Shown here piece after piece: positions 47,826-60,174 of a stretch of DNA of 64,000 bases. Made by a program: the position numbers and the translations under genes. Under the pieces are notes generated by a model. The model was not told where the DNA came from. It was given only the letters and a program-made list of their open reading frames with translations, and searched no databases. Where the stretch lies: assembly GCA_965603825.1 (NCBI GenBank), contig CBFDEM010000032.1, positions 558,001 through 622,000 on the forward strand, given 5' to 3'. This DNA is from Blepharisma stoltei ATCC 30299 (taxonomy: Eukaryota; Protista; Ciliophora). The number at the start of each line of letters is the position of its first letter. Positions within the stretch are counted from its first letter, which is position 1.

Positions 47826-48420
47826 TTAAGCCAGATTCAGGTCTTTGATAAAATCATTATCTTCTTGCAGATATGTGTAAGCTTCTTTGAATGTGAATCT
47901 TTTTGCTGGATCCATTAAGAGCATTTTTTCTAGCACTTTTCTTAGTCAGTTTCATTTTACTTCATTAAGAATTTCACACATTTTCTCTTGATAAATAATT
48001 TGATTGATTCCTTTTACTCTTTTACTTATGCTAATCTTCCAAAATACTAGTCCTAATGAATAAACATATGCTTTTTCCAGGTTATATTTAAACTTCACAC
48101 ATGTTTGAGAATTTTTATTTAACTCTGAAGTAAGTTCTGGAGGCACATGCGTGCCTTTAATTAAGTACTCATTTTCTTCAGAAATTGATGAAACAACTTC
48201 AGAAATCCCAAAATCAATTAGTTTATACTTAGCATCCTCAGAGACTAAGATATTTTGAGGCTTTATATCTTTATGCACAATATTTAAGCTGTATAATTCT
48301 ACAAATCCGCTTAATAATTTATTTGCAATTTTAGCTATGGTAGAACTAGAATTTTCACCAAAGACAAATTTGTCTATGCAAGCTACTAGAGCAGTATTCC
48401 ATAACTATGCAAAACTCATA
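47826..48420 (-). pseudogene. Decayed Ser/Thr kinase C-lobe
   Basis: HKDIKPQN, DFG, MLLMDPAKR. The hinge CIVMEYC is in a different frame, the activation segment is shortened (GTHVPPE), D of DVYSLG is mutated to Y, and I found no N-lobe. Confidence 0.78.
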
Positions 48421-48549
48421 CTGTCTTTCTTATGATTTTTTGTCGAATTTATGAAACTTTAAAAAAAATAGATAATTAAGCAAAGCTAAACCAGCAAGAA
48501 ATTTTGTTTCTTTTTTGTATTTCAAGTAAGTTTTTTCTTTCTATAAGTA

Positions 48550-49350
48550 TTAACACTTTCTGATCTATTAGATGACGGTCTGAATATTTTATTAAGTGCT
48601 TATTAAGCAGCCATTCGACATCCGCTTCAGTAAATCTAAAAATTATGAATATGATTTATCGAAATATTCTAAGGAAAAAAGCACCTGAATTAGATGCATC
48701 AACCAAAGCTCATAATAATATCCAGCTACAATTAATTTTTATGCGATAATCGGTATGATCGATGAGGTTTTGCATTATTTTCCATAAGTGCATCTTTATT
48801 TCTTCCTGGTTCTTTTGGATGAGTCCTCTATTAAAATTTTTATCATATCCATCAATAATAACAAAAGCAGCTTGCCCATGAGTTAGATGAAGCATATGAG
48901 CCAAATTTCTCAGTGCTGTAGTTATATTTATTTGTGAGCTGAATTTCAGTAGGCAATATTATTTCATTACGATCAATAATATATTCCAGCACCTCAACAT
49001 CTCGATTTTTATAATTCATTTTTTCTACTCCGTATTGCTCTATTATTTTCTCTAAGTACTGACAATAGGTGGAAATGTGCTCTTGATACACTTCTGAAAT
49101 TTCTACTTGAATTGTTTCAAAAAGGATTTCCGGAGACATTATTCCTTGTAAAAACATATTAACAAAATCAGGAAAAGTAAACAAAATAGTCAGAATACAC
49201 CCAGCAAATTGTCTATAATGTCCATTATCAGCATTTATTATTTCAAAGCATTTTTTACTGTCCAAATTATTTAAATCAGTGTTATTTTTTCCTCCTGTAA
49301 ATAAATACAAATTTGCGAATTGCCCATTTGCATCTTGCTCTGGATTTAAA
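48550..49350 (-). pseudogene. Internal fragment copy of the AAA-ATPase-like gene
   Basis: Closely similar direct copy of about 44277-45109 with deletions and frameshifts; lacks Walker A and the nuclease domain. Confidence 0.9.
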
Positions 49351-49948
49351 TAACTTTAGATTGAATAATTTTATAAGATAGATTTTTCTTATCGGAAAAT
49401 TCACATTTTTATATTAACCCCACTTTAATTGAACCTTGACCTTTTCTTCTGCAGGATCACTGCTCTAGCCCTATGGCGTCTTAATTAATCAACTATTTAG
49501 CTTATTCTTTTTTTATTCTTCTTTTTCTGTCCTTCCTTTATTTTCTTATTTACTATTGAAAGGTTGGAGTTATTAGATATTTATAAACACTTTTTCTTGC
49601 TATCCTAATTTTAAAATAAATTTATTTCTCAAGTCAATTTTTATAAGATTTCAATTATTAAATAATTTTGAGCCTAAAATTATAATGATATTCATATTTA
49701 TCCGAATCATTTTTGTTGAGTTCCTTTACGAAAATCTTCTTCGTAATTGCAATTGTAGGTTAAAATTCAAATTGTGGAATACCATTTATAACTTCCACAA
49801 TATTTCCGAGCTATAACTTGCCATTATAAATTTCCATCAAGTTTGTTTTTCTTATATTATATAGTCTATGAGTAAAATCGAAAATTACAAAATTAAATTC
49901 TGTACGAACACTGACTCCATTTTAACCAGTAAAAAATAATTATAACTT

Positions 49949-50509
49949 ATGAAGTTAGAGAGTGTAATGCATGCAGACTTCACTGAAAAGTCTTCTGTTG
50001 ACACATTAACTGACAACCATGACCTATCAATAGTAATAAATACCTTGGAAGTAAATTGCTTCCGCTGTAAGCTCTGTCAAAAAATATTTTCTGAGGCCAC
50101 GGCGCTCAGAAAGCACTTACTTGAAGAGATGGAGCTCGACAACGAAGGCATTGGCTTCTTGAATTTAGAATTAGGACTCGATTTATCTGATGATATTGAG
50201 ACCCATATACAAAAATCTACAGCCAATAATGCCAAAAACAGCATAGTTTGCCCTATATGTTCCAAGATTTGCAAAAGTAAAAAGGGTCTGGAACAGCACA
50301 AAGGTAAGACTCATATACATAAAAGGAAAAGGTGTGTATGCAAAATATGTGACAAAAAGTATGAAAATAAATATGCTTTAAGGTTTCATATAATACAAGT
50401 CCATGAAAAAGCAACAAGAGTGGTATGTGAAATTTGTGGATCAGTCATATATAATAAATATATGCTTGCTGCACATATAGAGAGTGTTCATTCAAAAACT
50501 ATGGTATAA
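49949..50509 (+). CDS. C2H2 zinc-finger protein
   Basis: CPICSK...GLEQHKGKTH, CKICDK...ALRFHIIQVH, CEICG..YNKYML..H. Confidence 0.88.
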   Translation: MKLESVMHADFTEKSSVDTLTDNHDLSIVINTLEVNCFRCKLCQKIFSEATALRKHLLEEMELDNEGIGFLNLELGLDLSDDIETHIQKSTANNAKNSIVCPICSKICKSKKGLEQHKGKTHIHKRKRCVCKICDKKYENKYALRFHIIQVHEKATRVVCEICGSVIYNKYMLAAHIESVHSKTMV

Positions 50510-51224
50510 TTAAATAATTTTGAATATAATCTCGGCTATAGGCTCCAGTCGAAATTGTCAAATTAGGCATTTCTATGGATAAAAATTTTCATATTTTCTG
50601 GCGAGAAATTAAATATTTCTTAAATGGATAATTTTAATAAAGTGCGATAAAGCACTGTATTGCTAATTGAAAAATAATTATTAATTGGTTTCTAACTAAT
50701 AATTATTATAGTTCGAATTTCATTAAATTAAAACTTAAAATTATATTTTTAATGGAATTTAATTCAGTTAAGAAACATTTTTGTGTTAAAGAAGTAGCAA
50801 ATTTTTTTGAAGATTTTTTCTTCAATTTTAAAAGGCTTTTTAATTAAATATTGCATACCTTGCTAAATTTCAATTAACCTTAAAAATATTGAGAAGAAAA
50901 TAATTCATCAGCCAAAATATAAAAACTTTGGTAGTTTATTTCTTCAACTTAATTGCCTTTGACTTTGTAATTAAAAATATTATGGGATTTATATCAGAAA
51001 AATATTAATCTTTTAAGTAAAGCCTAGTTAATTTAACAAAATTAGATTCGCCCGATTTTTCTTTAAATTTAGAATAATTTTTATTTGAATTTTAATTATG
51101 CTAAAAATGAGAAATACTGCTGAAAAAATTCCAACTAATAAGTTAAAGGTGCTAATTTCATTTTTGATCAATAAAAAGGTTATTATCAGTAAAAACATCC
51201 AGCAGAAACTTAAGTAAATAAAAA

Positions 51225-51800
51225 ATGGACTGCGATATTGTAACTTCAAATCCATCTGACTCCCCATACTCCAAAGCATCCACAGACTGCTCATTCCAAA
51301 CAATGAGTTTTGAAGATTTTTTCTCTAGCAGCAACACATGTGAAGTATGCAATCAGTCCTTTGCGTGCTGCAAAGGACTTAAAGACCATATAATTCAAGA
51401 ATTTAATTTGGACAGCGGCGCAGCAGGATTTTTGGATCTTGAATATGGGGAAGACAGTTTTTCAGACTTAGAAACTAACTGTAACACTCCAGTCGACGCT
51501 ACTAAATGTTCATTTAGCACCCCAAATTTCCAAGCAGAAATTTTCTGTCCTAAATGCTCACAGGTATGCAAAAGCCTGAAGGGATTACAGCAACATAAAG
51601 CAAGGGCTCATGTACATAGAAAGAAAAAAGTCCAATGTGAAAAATGCGATAAATGTTTCAAACATAAGCATGCCCTGAAATTTCACGAACGACAGGTTCA
51701 TGAAAAATCAACCAGAGCGGTATGCGAGTTCTGCGGAGTGTCGAAATATAATAAATATATTTTGGAAAATCACATCAAAAAGGCCCACTCAAATTGCTAA
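51225..51800 (+). CDS. C2H2 zinc-finger protein, tandem paralog
   Basis: Same finger layout and GFL.LE.G motif as 49949-50509. Confidence 0.88.
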   Translation: MDCDIVTSNPSDSPYSKASTDCSFQTMSFEDFFSSSNTCEVCNQSFACCKGLKDHIIQEFNLDSGAAGFLDLEYGEDSFSDLETNCNTPVDATKCSFSTPNFQAEIFCPKCSQVCKSLKGLQQHKARAHVHRKKKVQCEKCDKCFKHKHALKFHERQVHEKSTRAVCEFCGVSKYNKYILENHIKKAHSNC

Positions 51801-51894
51801 AAAGTGTGAATATATAAATATATAAATAACTATACATATTAAAAAAAAAGAGTATTAAAATGGATATCCTGAACAGAATTCCAAAAAAAACCTA

Positions 51895-53172
51895 TTATTT
51901 CACAATAATTTTTTTAATTGCTTCGAGAACTTTTCCTACAGGCTCGGACTTATCCAAACCCAAAGCATTTTTCATATTTTGTACAAACAGCCTCATTTCA
52001 TGGACAAATAAAAATAGCTGCTCCATAACTCCTAATAAGTCATCGCCCATTTTTACTTCAAAAAGTTTTTCAAAATATCTTATCGCTTTAATGCTGTCTA
52101 ATACCACACTTTCTGGAGTATTTAATTGCAATTTTAAGCTTGAATAAACTTTTTGCTTAAAATTATGCAGATGATCTATCAAAGATTTTAATTCTTTAAT
52201 GGTAGGAATGACTTCTTCAAAAGCTTTAGAATAAGACTCATAGGTCTGTTCTTTTACTGTGGAGGGTAATAATTCTTGACATACATCTTCTATGAACCTT
52301 TCTAGATTAGGCACAACTTTTAAGACTTTATTCATTTGCTCAATTGCACTTAAAATTTCATCAATTGAGTCGACGCCTAAAGCTGAAGCTATTTCTTTGA
52401 GCCCAATTGTAGATTCTTTATAAGGGGATTCATATGATTCAGGAGAAGAAAAATAGTTCCGTTGGTCGACTTCTTTTAGACGGCTTTTTAGAAAAGAAAT
52501 TTGGTCTTGATAAGAGGTTAATTTTCCTTCATATATCAATTTATGCTCTTCAGATTGTGAAATATATGAAAGAACTGACTGGTCGTAGGGTGACGAGTTA
52601 TCGTAATCTTTGTGTAAAACATTTCAAAAAACTCTGAAGTAGTCGTCTTTTTTTGATCGATTTCGAGGAGTTGAGCTTGACTCTGGAATTGGTGAGCTTG
52701 CTCTCATGCTGCTTCTTGGAGTTTTTTCATTATAATTTTGAGATTTCAATTTTTCATATTCTGAAATTAAAGCTAAAATTGCATCAATTATGGATTTTAT
52801 ATCAGGAGTGCCATAGGAATTTATGAAAATTGCATCAAAATCATTTTTCAGCAATAATTCATTGATATAGTCTCAGTCTTCAGTAGTTTGAATTTGAGAT
52901 CTGCACATCTCGGTTAAAATTTTTATTTCTTCTTGAATTTCATTTGATTCTTTTAAAAAATCGTTTATTGGCTTTTCAAACAGACTTTTGGAGATCTCAG
53001 CAGTTTTTAGGTGCTCTAAAAGAGATGTATTAGGATCTGATGAGTAGATTGGAGATGCTCGCCTATGTGTATTTGAAGAGTCTTTTAAGTCTTTTTGAGA
53101 GTAATGTAAATTTGAAAATGCACCTTTAGAAACTGCTCTTTTTGAACTTTGAGAACGATGTGAATCAGCCAT
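51895..53172 (-). CDS. Coiled-coil protein, CEP70-like C-terminus, 425 aa
   Basis: Three ORFs in frame across TGA 52873 and 52624; C-terminal IRYFEKLFEV...LGVMEQLF...MKNALGL. Confidence 0.65.
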
Positions 53173-53560
53173 GCTCTATTTTGAGTTAAAAATTAATAAA
53201 ATAATATTCGAAAATTATTTAACAATTAAATTTCAAATGGAAATAAACTTTGAAAATCAACTTCATTATTGATCATTTAGAATAATAAAACTTTTCAATG
53301 TAGCTAGTCTAATTTCGTTTGATTTTAATCTTAATATTCTTAATTAGCCATTCTTACTATAATAATGCTCCAAAAATCTATTCTTTACTCCAAAAATTAT
53401 AAATTATTAAATTTTTTTTGAAGCGAAGAGTTTAAATTTCTTCTCATAATAACATATATCAATAAGATAAAAAATAGATTGAAATTTACCTTTACTCTTT
53501 AAAAAATTATTTCAGATTTATTCAATTCGTTCTTAACTTTAAGAAAGTTATTAAAGAGCT

Positions 53561-53965
53561 TTAATCAGTGAAATAAAAGTAATCATAAGCTGAGTTGTCA
53601 TAAGCTCTCATGCCACAAGCACCTGCTCCGTATATGAACAAAAGCCAAGGAATCAAATAAATTTTTCCAGGAGCTTGCTTCCAATAAATAGCTTGTAACC
53701 ACTCTTTTGTGAATGGTTTCCTAATATAGTTCTGGTTCAAAGTATAATGTGAGCGCTGATGAACGATGAGGCCTTTTCCATAAGTATAGTCCATAAGCCA
53801 ATGACGAGCCATAGGGTGAAGGTCTGTTGCAGTATTTTGTGGGAATCTCCACACTCTTTGCCTGTGATTACCCCATTTGTAATAGGCTGTATTGTTAATA
53901 GTGGGCTCAACAAAGACAACACCGCCACCACGAGGAGGGTTAAGCCAAAGCTTTGAAGTTGACAT
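53561..53965 (-). CDS. Small single-TM protein, possibly a mitochondrial inner-membrane complex subunit
   Basis: Clean ORF, aromatic-rich, one C-terminal TM segment; function is a guess. Confidence 0.55.
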   Translation of the reverse strand: MSTSKLWLNPPRGGGVVFVEPTINNTAYYKWGNHRQRVWRFPQNTATDLHPMARHWLMDYTYGKGLIVHQRSHYTLNQNYIRKPFTKEWLQAIYWKQAPGKIYLIPWLLFIYGAGACGMRAYDNSAYDYFYFTD

Positions 53966-54354
53966 ATTTATGGTGATTAATCAAAGAATAATTAGGTCAG
54001 CATATTTTCATAGAGATCCTTGGGCAATCTAGATATTTAATATTTATTTCAGATATGAAAATTCCAAAGAAATTTAAAATACAAATTTTATCGTAAATTT
54101 TAATAATAAAAATGATATGTCATTTTTTATAATTAAACCTGATATTTAAATAAATGTAATCTTACACAACTGATGCTGCCTAGATAAACTGAATATTTTT
54201 ATGCACATCCCTTCATTCTAATTATTAGAAAATATATGATTTTTATTTGTATTAAATCATTTGTTTACCTTAAAGCAAATCGCTTAAAATCTTTAACTTA
54301 TTATCTCACAAATTTTCATTGCAGAGTTTAGTTTCTATTGATATAATAATAAAA

Positions 54355-55245
54355 ATGATGCGATATTTAAGAAGATGTCTAAGTACAATCGACTCAACTA
54401 AATCTATTGATTTCATTTCTGCTTTAGTCACAGTCCCAGAGAAACACACAATTATGGAATCTCTCTACTTTTATCCTTACCTGAATGGTCGATATTGTGG
54501 ATACATTATAGTAGACAAAAGAACTAAAAAAATAGTAGCAATAGACTGCGGCGATTATAGGACTTGCAGATACAATATAGAGAAAATAATGAAAGAGGTG
54601 AACGGGAGTTTCGATACTTTGCTTTTAACTCATGGGCATGATAATCACTGCATAGGAGCAAAAGATTGGCATCGAGTCCATCCTGAGCTACAAATAATTG
54701 GTGGAAGCCAGTTTTTCCCATATGTTCAGCCAGTTGAAGACGGAAAAATTATTTTTGTTGGAGATCTCTGCATTTATTGTATGAAAACTCCTGGACATAC
54801 AGAGCATGATATCTCTTATGTTATCACTGAAGTTTCAGAAAATTCCACCAAAACACCTGTCGTTTTTCCAGGAGACACACTATTTATTGGAGGAGTTGGT
54901 GAAGCTTATACAGGAAAATACGATCTTCTTTATAACTCAGTTAGGACTCTAAAGAGTTTGCCTAATGAGACCATAATATTTTCAAGCCATTTTAATGCGC
55001 TTGAAAATATAGCATTTGCTCATATGATTGAGTCTGAAAATTTTGTTTTGAAAGAAAAATTAAAATGGGCAAAAGAACAAAGAGAAAGCAAAAAATTAAT
55101 TTGCTCGTCAATATTGGCTGAAGAGAGGCTTTATAATCCATATTTTAGGACTGACCAAGCACATTTCAAAACATTTACAGAAGCACAAGACCCTGTTGAC
55201 TGTTTTATGAGGCTTAAAATAATGCAGAATAAAATAATGTCGTAA
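54355..55245 (+). CDS. Hydroxyacylglutathione hydrolase (glyoxalase II)-like metallo-beta-lactamase fold protein, probably mitochondrial
   Basis: THGHDNH, TPGHT..D, FPGDTLF.GG.G, EE..YNPYFR; first ATG at 54355. Confidence 0.85.
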   Translation: MMRYLRRCLSTIDSTKSIDFISALVTVPEKHTIMESLYFYPYLNGRYCGYIIVDKRTKKIVAIDCGDYRTCRYNIEKIMKEVNGSFDTLLLTHGHDNHCIGAKDWHRVHPELQIIGGSQFFPYVQPVEDGKIIFVGDLCIYCMKTPGHTEHDISYVITEVSENSTKTPVVFPGDTLFIGGVGEAYTGKYDLLYNSVRTLKSLPNETIIFSSHFNALENIAFAHMIESENFVLKEKLKWAKEQRESKKLICSSILAEERLYNPYFRTDQAHFKTFTEAQDPVDCFMRLKIMQNKIMS

Positions 55246-55305
55246 AATAAATCGTTTTTATATCAAATTTAGCATTTGCTTTAGCAATAAATTAAACATT
55301 TAAAG

Positions 55306-56388
55306 ATGGAAAATTTTAAGTCAAGAAGGAATTCTCATAGTTTGAATAATTTATTATCGAATAGATCTCAAGAACGCCCACCAAAATTTGCAAGGATGAA
55401 TAAAGCTAACGAAACCTTAAGAGACTGAAAATCTTCTCGAGCTCCGCTGTTAAATCATAAATATGATGTGAAGAAAAAAGCCAAAAATGGAACTGCCTCA
55501 ATGCTGGATATTTTAGAACAGGAAGAAAAATCTGAATATTCTGATCAAATAGTGTCTTCAGAAAATGCAAGTGAAATGAATTTAGCGAATGATAAAAGTT
55601 TTCTGCCTTCAATTACTTTGTGTGGGTTTTATAAGCCTCAGCAATATCCTCTACACACTATATCCAGGCCTGCTGTATTTAGCTCAAAGCTAGAAATACA
55701 TGAAAAGCAAAATAATAGAGTGGATAACTCAGAAAAATATGCAATTATCCAACAAAATAATAAAAATAACGAAACTGAGCTCGAAGAAATTATAAGAAAA
55801 AGAATCACACTTCCCCCAAATAAATTTTCAAAAACAGTCATCCTAGACCTCGATGAAACCCTTGTCCACTGTTCAAAATACATTGATAAAAATGACATCG
55901 TAATAAAACTCAAGCTGCCAGATTTTCCCACAGGACGTTTCGGAGTAAAAATTCGTCCTCATACATCTGAGTTCCTACAAGAAATAAGTCAATTCTTCGA
56001 AGTCATAATATTCACCGCTTCAACAGCTCTTTACGCTGATCCAATACTAGACTTATTAGATCCTGAGCACAAATTTTTCACCCAAAGATTTTACCGAGAA
56101 AGCTGCATCCACAAAGGCCATCTCAAAGTCAAAGACCTCCGAATTTTTTCTAACAGAAACCTAAAAGATTTAATAATCATCGACAATTCCTGAAACTCCA
56201 TTTCCAACCAAAAATCCAATGGAATTTTAATAACCAGCTGATATGGCGACTCATCAGATCACGAACTTCAAGACGTTCTTTCCTTTTTAAAATATCTATG
56301 CAGCGTAAAAGACGTCCGTGAGTCCATCAAGCTAGCCCCGAAGGCATTTTCCAAGCACAAAGCGAGTAAATCTTATAATAGTCTTTAG
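55306..56388 (+). CDS. FCP1-homology/SCP CTD small phosphatase, second paralog
   Basis: ATG 55306; TGA=Trp at 55426, 56191, 56239 (ITSW-YGD..DHEL); DLDETLVH; ends TAG. Confidence 0.88.
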
Positions 56389-56413
56389 GCTTGCTAATAT
56401 TCGTTTCTTAAAT

Positions 56414-57379
56414 ATGAGTCAAAGCTTAGTTGTTCTCTATAGTATCGGAGGTACCTGTGCGTGCATATCTTTGATAGCCTCAATTCACCTGCTTGCTCAG
56501 CACTTTTGGCACTTTTCTAAGCCTGACTATCAGATGTATATATGCAGGATCATACTTATGGTACCTGTCTATGGGATCACATCGTGGATTTCAATGCTTT
56601 ACCCTGCAAACAGAGCGTTTTTTAATATTTTTAGGGACTGCTACGAAGCTTTTGTGCTATACAGCTTTACGATGCTGTTGATGAACTATGTAGGAGGAGA
56701 AAGAAAATTGATTATTAGTTTGGAGCTTAAAGATAGAATAAGCCACCCATGGCCGTTTAATTGATTTTTTAAAAGTTTTACCCCTGGAAGTATGTTTATT
56801 CGCCTTGTGAAAGCTGGGACTTTACAGTTTGTGCTATTCAGACCTTTATCTTCAGCACTGACACTTTTATTTGAATTTTATGGAATTTACCACGAAAATG
56901 CTTACAACTATGAAGACGCTTTTCTTTATTTATTTGCCTTGAATAACGTATCCTTTTCTTTAGCACTGTATGGGCTGTTACTTTTTTATGTGTCTACTGA
57001 AGAAATGCTGGAGCCTTATAAACCACTACCAAAATTTTTATGCATAAAAATAGTGATTTTTTTTTCTTTTTGGCAAGGTATTTTAATAAATATTTTGCAG
57101 CAGCTGGGATTTATTAATGAAACTGTAGGACTGAAGCCTGAAGAAGTTGCTATAACTCTTCAAGAGTTCTTAATTTGTATAGAAATGCTTATAGCTGCTT
57201 TTGCACATATGTTTGCGTTTGGGTATGAGGAGTACACTTCAGAGGTGAACCCTGTGTTTTTGCCAATTAAATCAAGTGTGGCTTCAGGCTTTAAATCTGT
57301 ATTCTTAGCAGAGGATGTGATAAAAGAAGTTAAAGACTCAATAAACCCAGTTCCTTATGATTTTGAGCTTCACAATTAA
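56414..57379 (+). CDS. TMEM184 / OST-alpha family membrane protein
   Basis: RIILMVPVY, RDCYEAF, KFLCIK.VIFFSFWQ, LICIEM..AA.AH; joined across TGA 56762. Confidence 0.92.
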
Positions 57380-57458
57380 CTTTTATTTATAGGCCTATAA
57401 TAATCTTATAGTAAATTTATTGAATTTAAATAAAATTTAAAATCTGAAAACAAAATAA

Positions 57459-57893
57459 ATGGAATCTGAAGATGACAAAGAGCTAAGGATTCGTGACGCT
57501 TTTCGAATGATTGATAGGGATGGAAACAACTTAATTGAGCTGAAAGAAGTAGAAGCCTTCATCTTCAACCAAGGAATGAATATTCAACAAGAAGAGCTGC
57601 AAGAATTTATGGAAAAAATCGACACCAATAGAGATGGGAATATACAATATGGAGAGTTTGAAAAAGCAATGAAGGAATTTTACGAAGAAGGTGCAGAGGA
57701 AAGGATGCTGAAACAAGTGTTTGATTCTATAGACAGAGACCACGATGGATGTATCCGGTCAAATGAGTTGAAATATGCGCTGTATTGCCTTGGCGAAGAA
57801 ATTCCTGACGCAGATATTGAAAACATGATCCAGTTTGCCACAAATGGGAATGATTTTGTCACTTTTAGTGAGTTCGTGAAGATGTCGAAATAA
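57459..57893 (+). CDS. Calmodulin-like EF-hand protein
   Basis: DRDGNNLIE, DTNRDGNIQYGE, DRDHDGCI; fourth EF hand degenerate. Confidence 0.9.
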   Translation: MESEDDKELRIRDAFRMIDRDGNNLIELKEVEAFIFNQGMNIQQEELQEFMEKIDTNRDGNIQYGEFEKAMKEFYEEGAEERMLKQVFDSIDRDHDGCIRSNELKYALYCLGEEIPDADIENMIQFATNGNDFVTFSEFVKMSK

Positions 57894-58023
57894 TTTACAT
57901 CTTCTTGATGGTTAATAATTCAGTTAAATGTGCTTTTTTAATCAAAATGCTGAAACCTGCTCATCAAAATAAGCATCAACGTTGATAATGCATATAAGAA
58001 ATTTGAAATCTAAAAAAGGTTAT

Positions 58024-58533
58024 TTAGTGGTGGTGACGCTTTCTGTATTGTCTGACATACCCCGGAATTCTGCATTTGCAAGGCTTATTTTTCTTATAAT
58101 TCCATCCGCTACCAAGACATCGGGTGCATAGTCCTCTTGATTTGGCGCAAGCTTTGCATGCTCTTCCATGATGCTTGTAGCCAGTTCCTCTGCACTTGTG
58201 GCACATCGGATTTGGAATAAAAGGCAACGGACCAGATCCTACATGGGGGAACATTTGGGCTCCTGGCATCATTGGTGGAACTCCGTATCCTGGTTGCATC
58301 GGATAGCCTGGTTGAGGGTAGCCTGACTGCGGAACTCCAAAACCTGGATGAGGATGGACATAGCCAGGATGAGGAGGTGCAAAACCGGGCTGAGGTGCAA
58401 AACCGGGCTGAGGAGGGATAAAACCTGGCTGAGGAGGATAACCTGGCTGTGGAGGATACCCTTGAGGAGGATAAGGCTGATTAGGATAGCCACCTTGAGG
58501 AGGATAGCCGCCTGGATAGTTTGGATAACTCAT
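58024..58533 (-). CDS. Pro/Gly/Tyr/Gln-repeat protein with C-terminal CxxCxGxG zinc-binding module
   Basis: YPPQPG repeats; CHKCRGTG...CKAC...CTRCLGSG...PCKC. Confidence 0.8.
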   Translation of the reverse strand: MSYPNYPGGYPPQGGYPNQPYPPQGYPPQPGYPPQPGFIPPQPGFAPQPGFAPPHPGYVHPHPGFGVPQSGYPQPGYPMQPGYGVPPMMPGAQMFPHVGSGPLPFIPNPMCHKCRGTGYKHHGRACKACAKSRGLCTRCLGSGWNYKKNKPCKCRIPGYVRQYRKRHHH

Positions 58534-59184
58534 TTTCTTTTATACGACCATTTCTGATTGGTATAAAAGGACAAAGCTTTTTTTATCGAAATTTCTTTTT
58601 ATTTACAACAAATAAAAATTCCTTGAGTCATTTAGCCCTACCATAAGTTTGAATCAATTCTTATGATTTTTTATCAATTTATGCAAAAATTTTCTATGTT
58701 CATCTATAGCATTATCTACTTAAAAATTTATATAGTATCCAATTTAATAAATTGCTGTTTTGAGAGAAATTTTTATGATTATACCAGAAAGAAACATTTT
58801 TATAGATTTTTAGAAAATTCAAAATTATTCAGTGCAATTATATTTAGAGATTATTGAGAAGCTCTGCTTGATTATAAACTTTTAGTAATTCTCTAATATA
58901 TCTAATATTTGCTTTCTATTCATTCTAAAATCACTATAAATATGATCATTATTTTTCATCTTACTTTCCCAGCTATATTAAACCATTAAATCTCCCAAGA
59001 AAAGTATAATTAGATGCTAATAAAAGTAATCTTTAAATGTATTAGAAATCCTTAATAAAATTAATGAAGTAATTAACATTATCAAAGCAAAAGAAATTAT
59101 TATATATTATAACAAAAATTTCTTTATTTCACCATCCAGCAAAACATCCCTATTTATGATTTGTATTTCATTAAATTAGCAGCC

Positions 59185-59805
59185 ATGCAAAAATCTAAAA
59201 GAAAACAATTGACTCAGAATCCTACGATCCCCAAGATTTTTTCAAATCCTGACTTAATGAAAACAAACTCAATTTTCGCTCATCCATTATTCACAAGTTC
59301 CCCAGCTTCATTCCGTAATACTCCTGACATTGAAGAATTGATGAATTCAGCTCGCAAAGACACAGCACGATTTTCCCAATTCCTCAGCCTTCAAATTCCA
59401 TCCTCTACCATTTCCAGCCCTAATAAGCCGCAGCAAAACAAGACTATAAATCTTTATAAGTCTTACCCATCCCCAAGCAGAAATGCAACGCCCAGTACAA
59501 TGAGCCAATATCCAAACGATCAATCAAAACTTAAAAAAATTAATAAAGAAAATAGATCTTTAAGGTCATTGATCAATAAACTTCAGGCAGAAGTTTTAGC
59601 AGTTTCTCAAGAAAATATGAAGCTTATGAAAGTTGAGCATAAGTGTAATGCAATTGAAACAGAAATTGAAAAACTGACGAAGGAAAATGAAGAAATCAAG
59701 AAAAAATTAAGCGGAAAGCATAGAAAAGCAAATATAAAGAGATTAGAAAATGCTATGGATGGGTTTAAGATGAAAATTTCAAAAGCATTGAAATACAGGA
59801 ACTAA
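59185..59805 (+). CDS. Hypothetical protein, C-terminal coiled coil
   Basis: First ATG 59185; S/P-rich then heptad region; ends TAA. Confidence 0.7.
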   Translation: MQKSKRKQLTQNPTIPKIFSNPDLMKTNSIFAHPLFTSSPASFRNTPDIEELMNSARKDTARFSQFLSLQIPSSTISSPNKPQQNKTINLYKSYPSPSRNATPSTMSQYPNDQSKLKKINKENRSLRSLINKLQAEVLAVSQENMKLMKVEHKCNAIETEIEKLTKENEEIKKKLSGKHRKANIKRLENAMDGFKMKISKALKYRN

Positions 59806-59883
59806 ATGTAAATTGTTACAAAATTTAAATAATAAATAATCTATATATTAATTTTAATCTAAAATTAGAAAATAATAAAAATT

Positions 59884-60123
59884 ATGGGATTAGCCACTGT
59901 GATTGCAGGATATTTTTTGATTATATCAAGCGCGATATTTTTTATAACAACCATGACGTGAATTATAGGAGCTAAACTCCTATTTGGAAGAGAAGAAAAC
60001 GCAATCCTCAGATGAATTCAAGAAGACAAGTATTATTGTTTTTTAATCCCAATGATTGTTCCCACAACTTTTATTTTGGTTTATGGAAATTGGCTTTCTA
60101 TGAAATTCTTTAGGCATAACTAA
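59884..60123 (+). CDS. PIGY: GPI-GlcNAc transferase subunit Y (PIG-Y/Eri1 family), 79 aa
   Basis: Absent from the ORF track because of two TGA=Trp. MGLATVIAGYFLIISSAIFFITTMTWIIGAKLLFGREENAILRWIQEDKYYCFLIPMIVPTTFILVYGNWLSMKFFRHN*; has the D.YY..L.P...W..MK.FRHN signature. Confidence 0.88.
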
Positions 60124-60174
60124 TGATTCATTTAATTCTTAAGAAATATCCTATTATTTTAATTAATTAAACAA

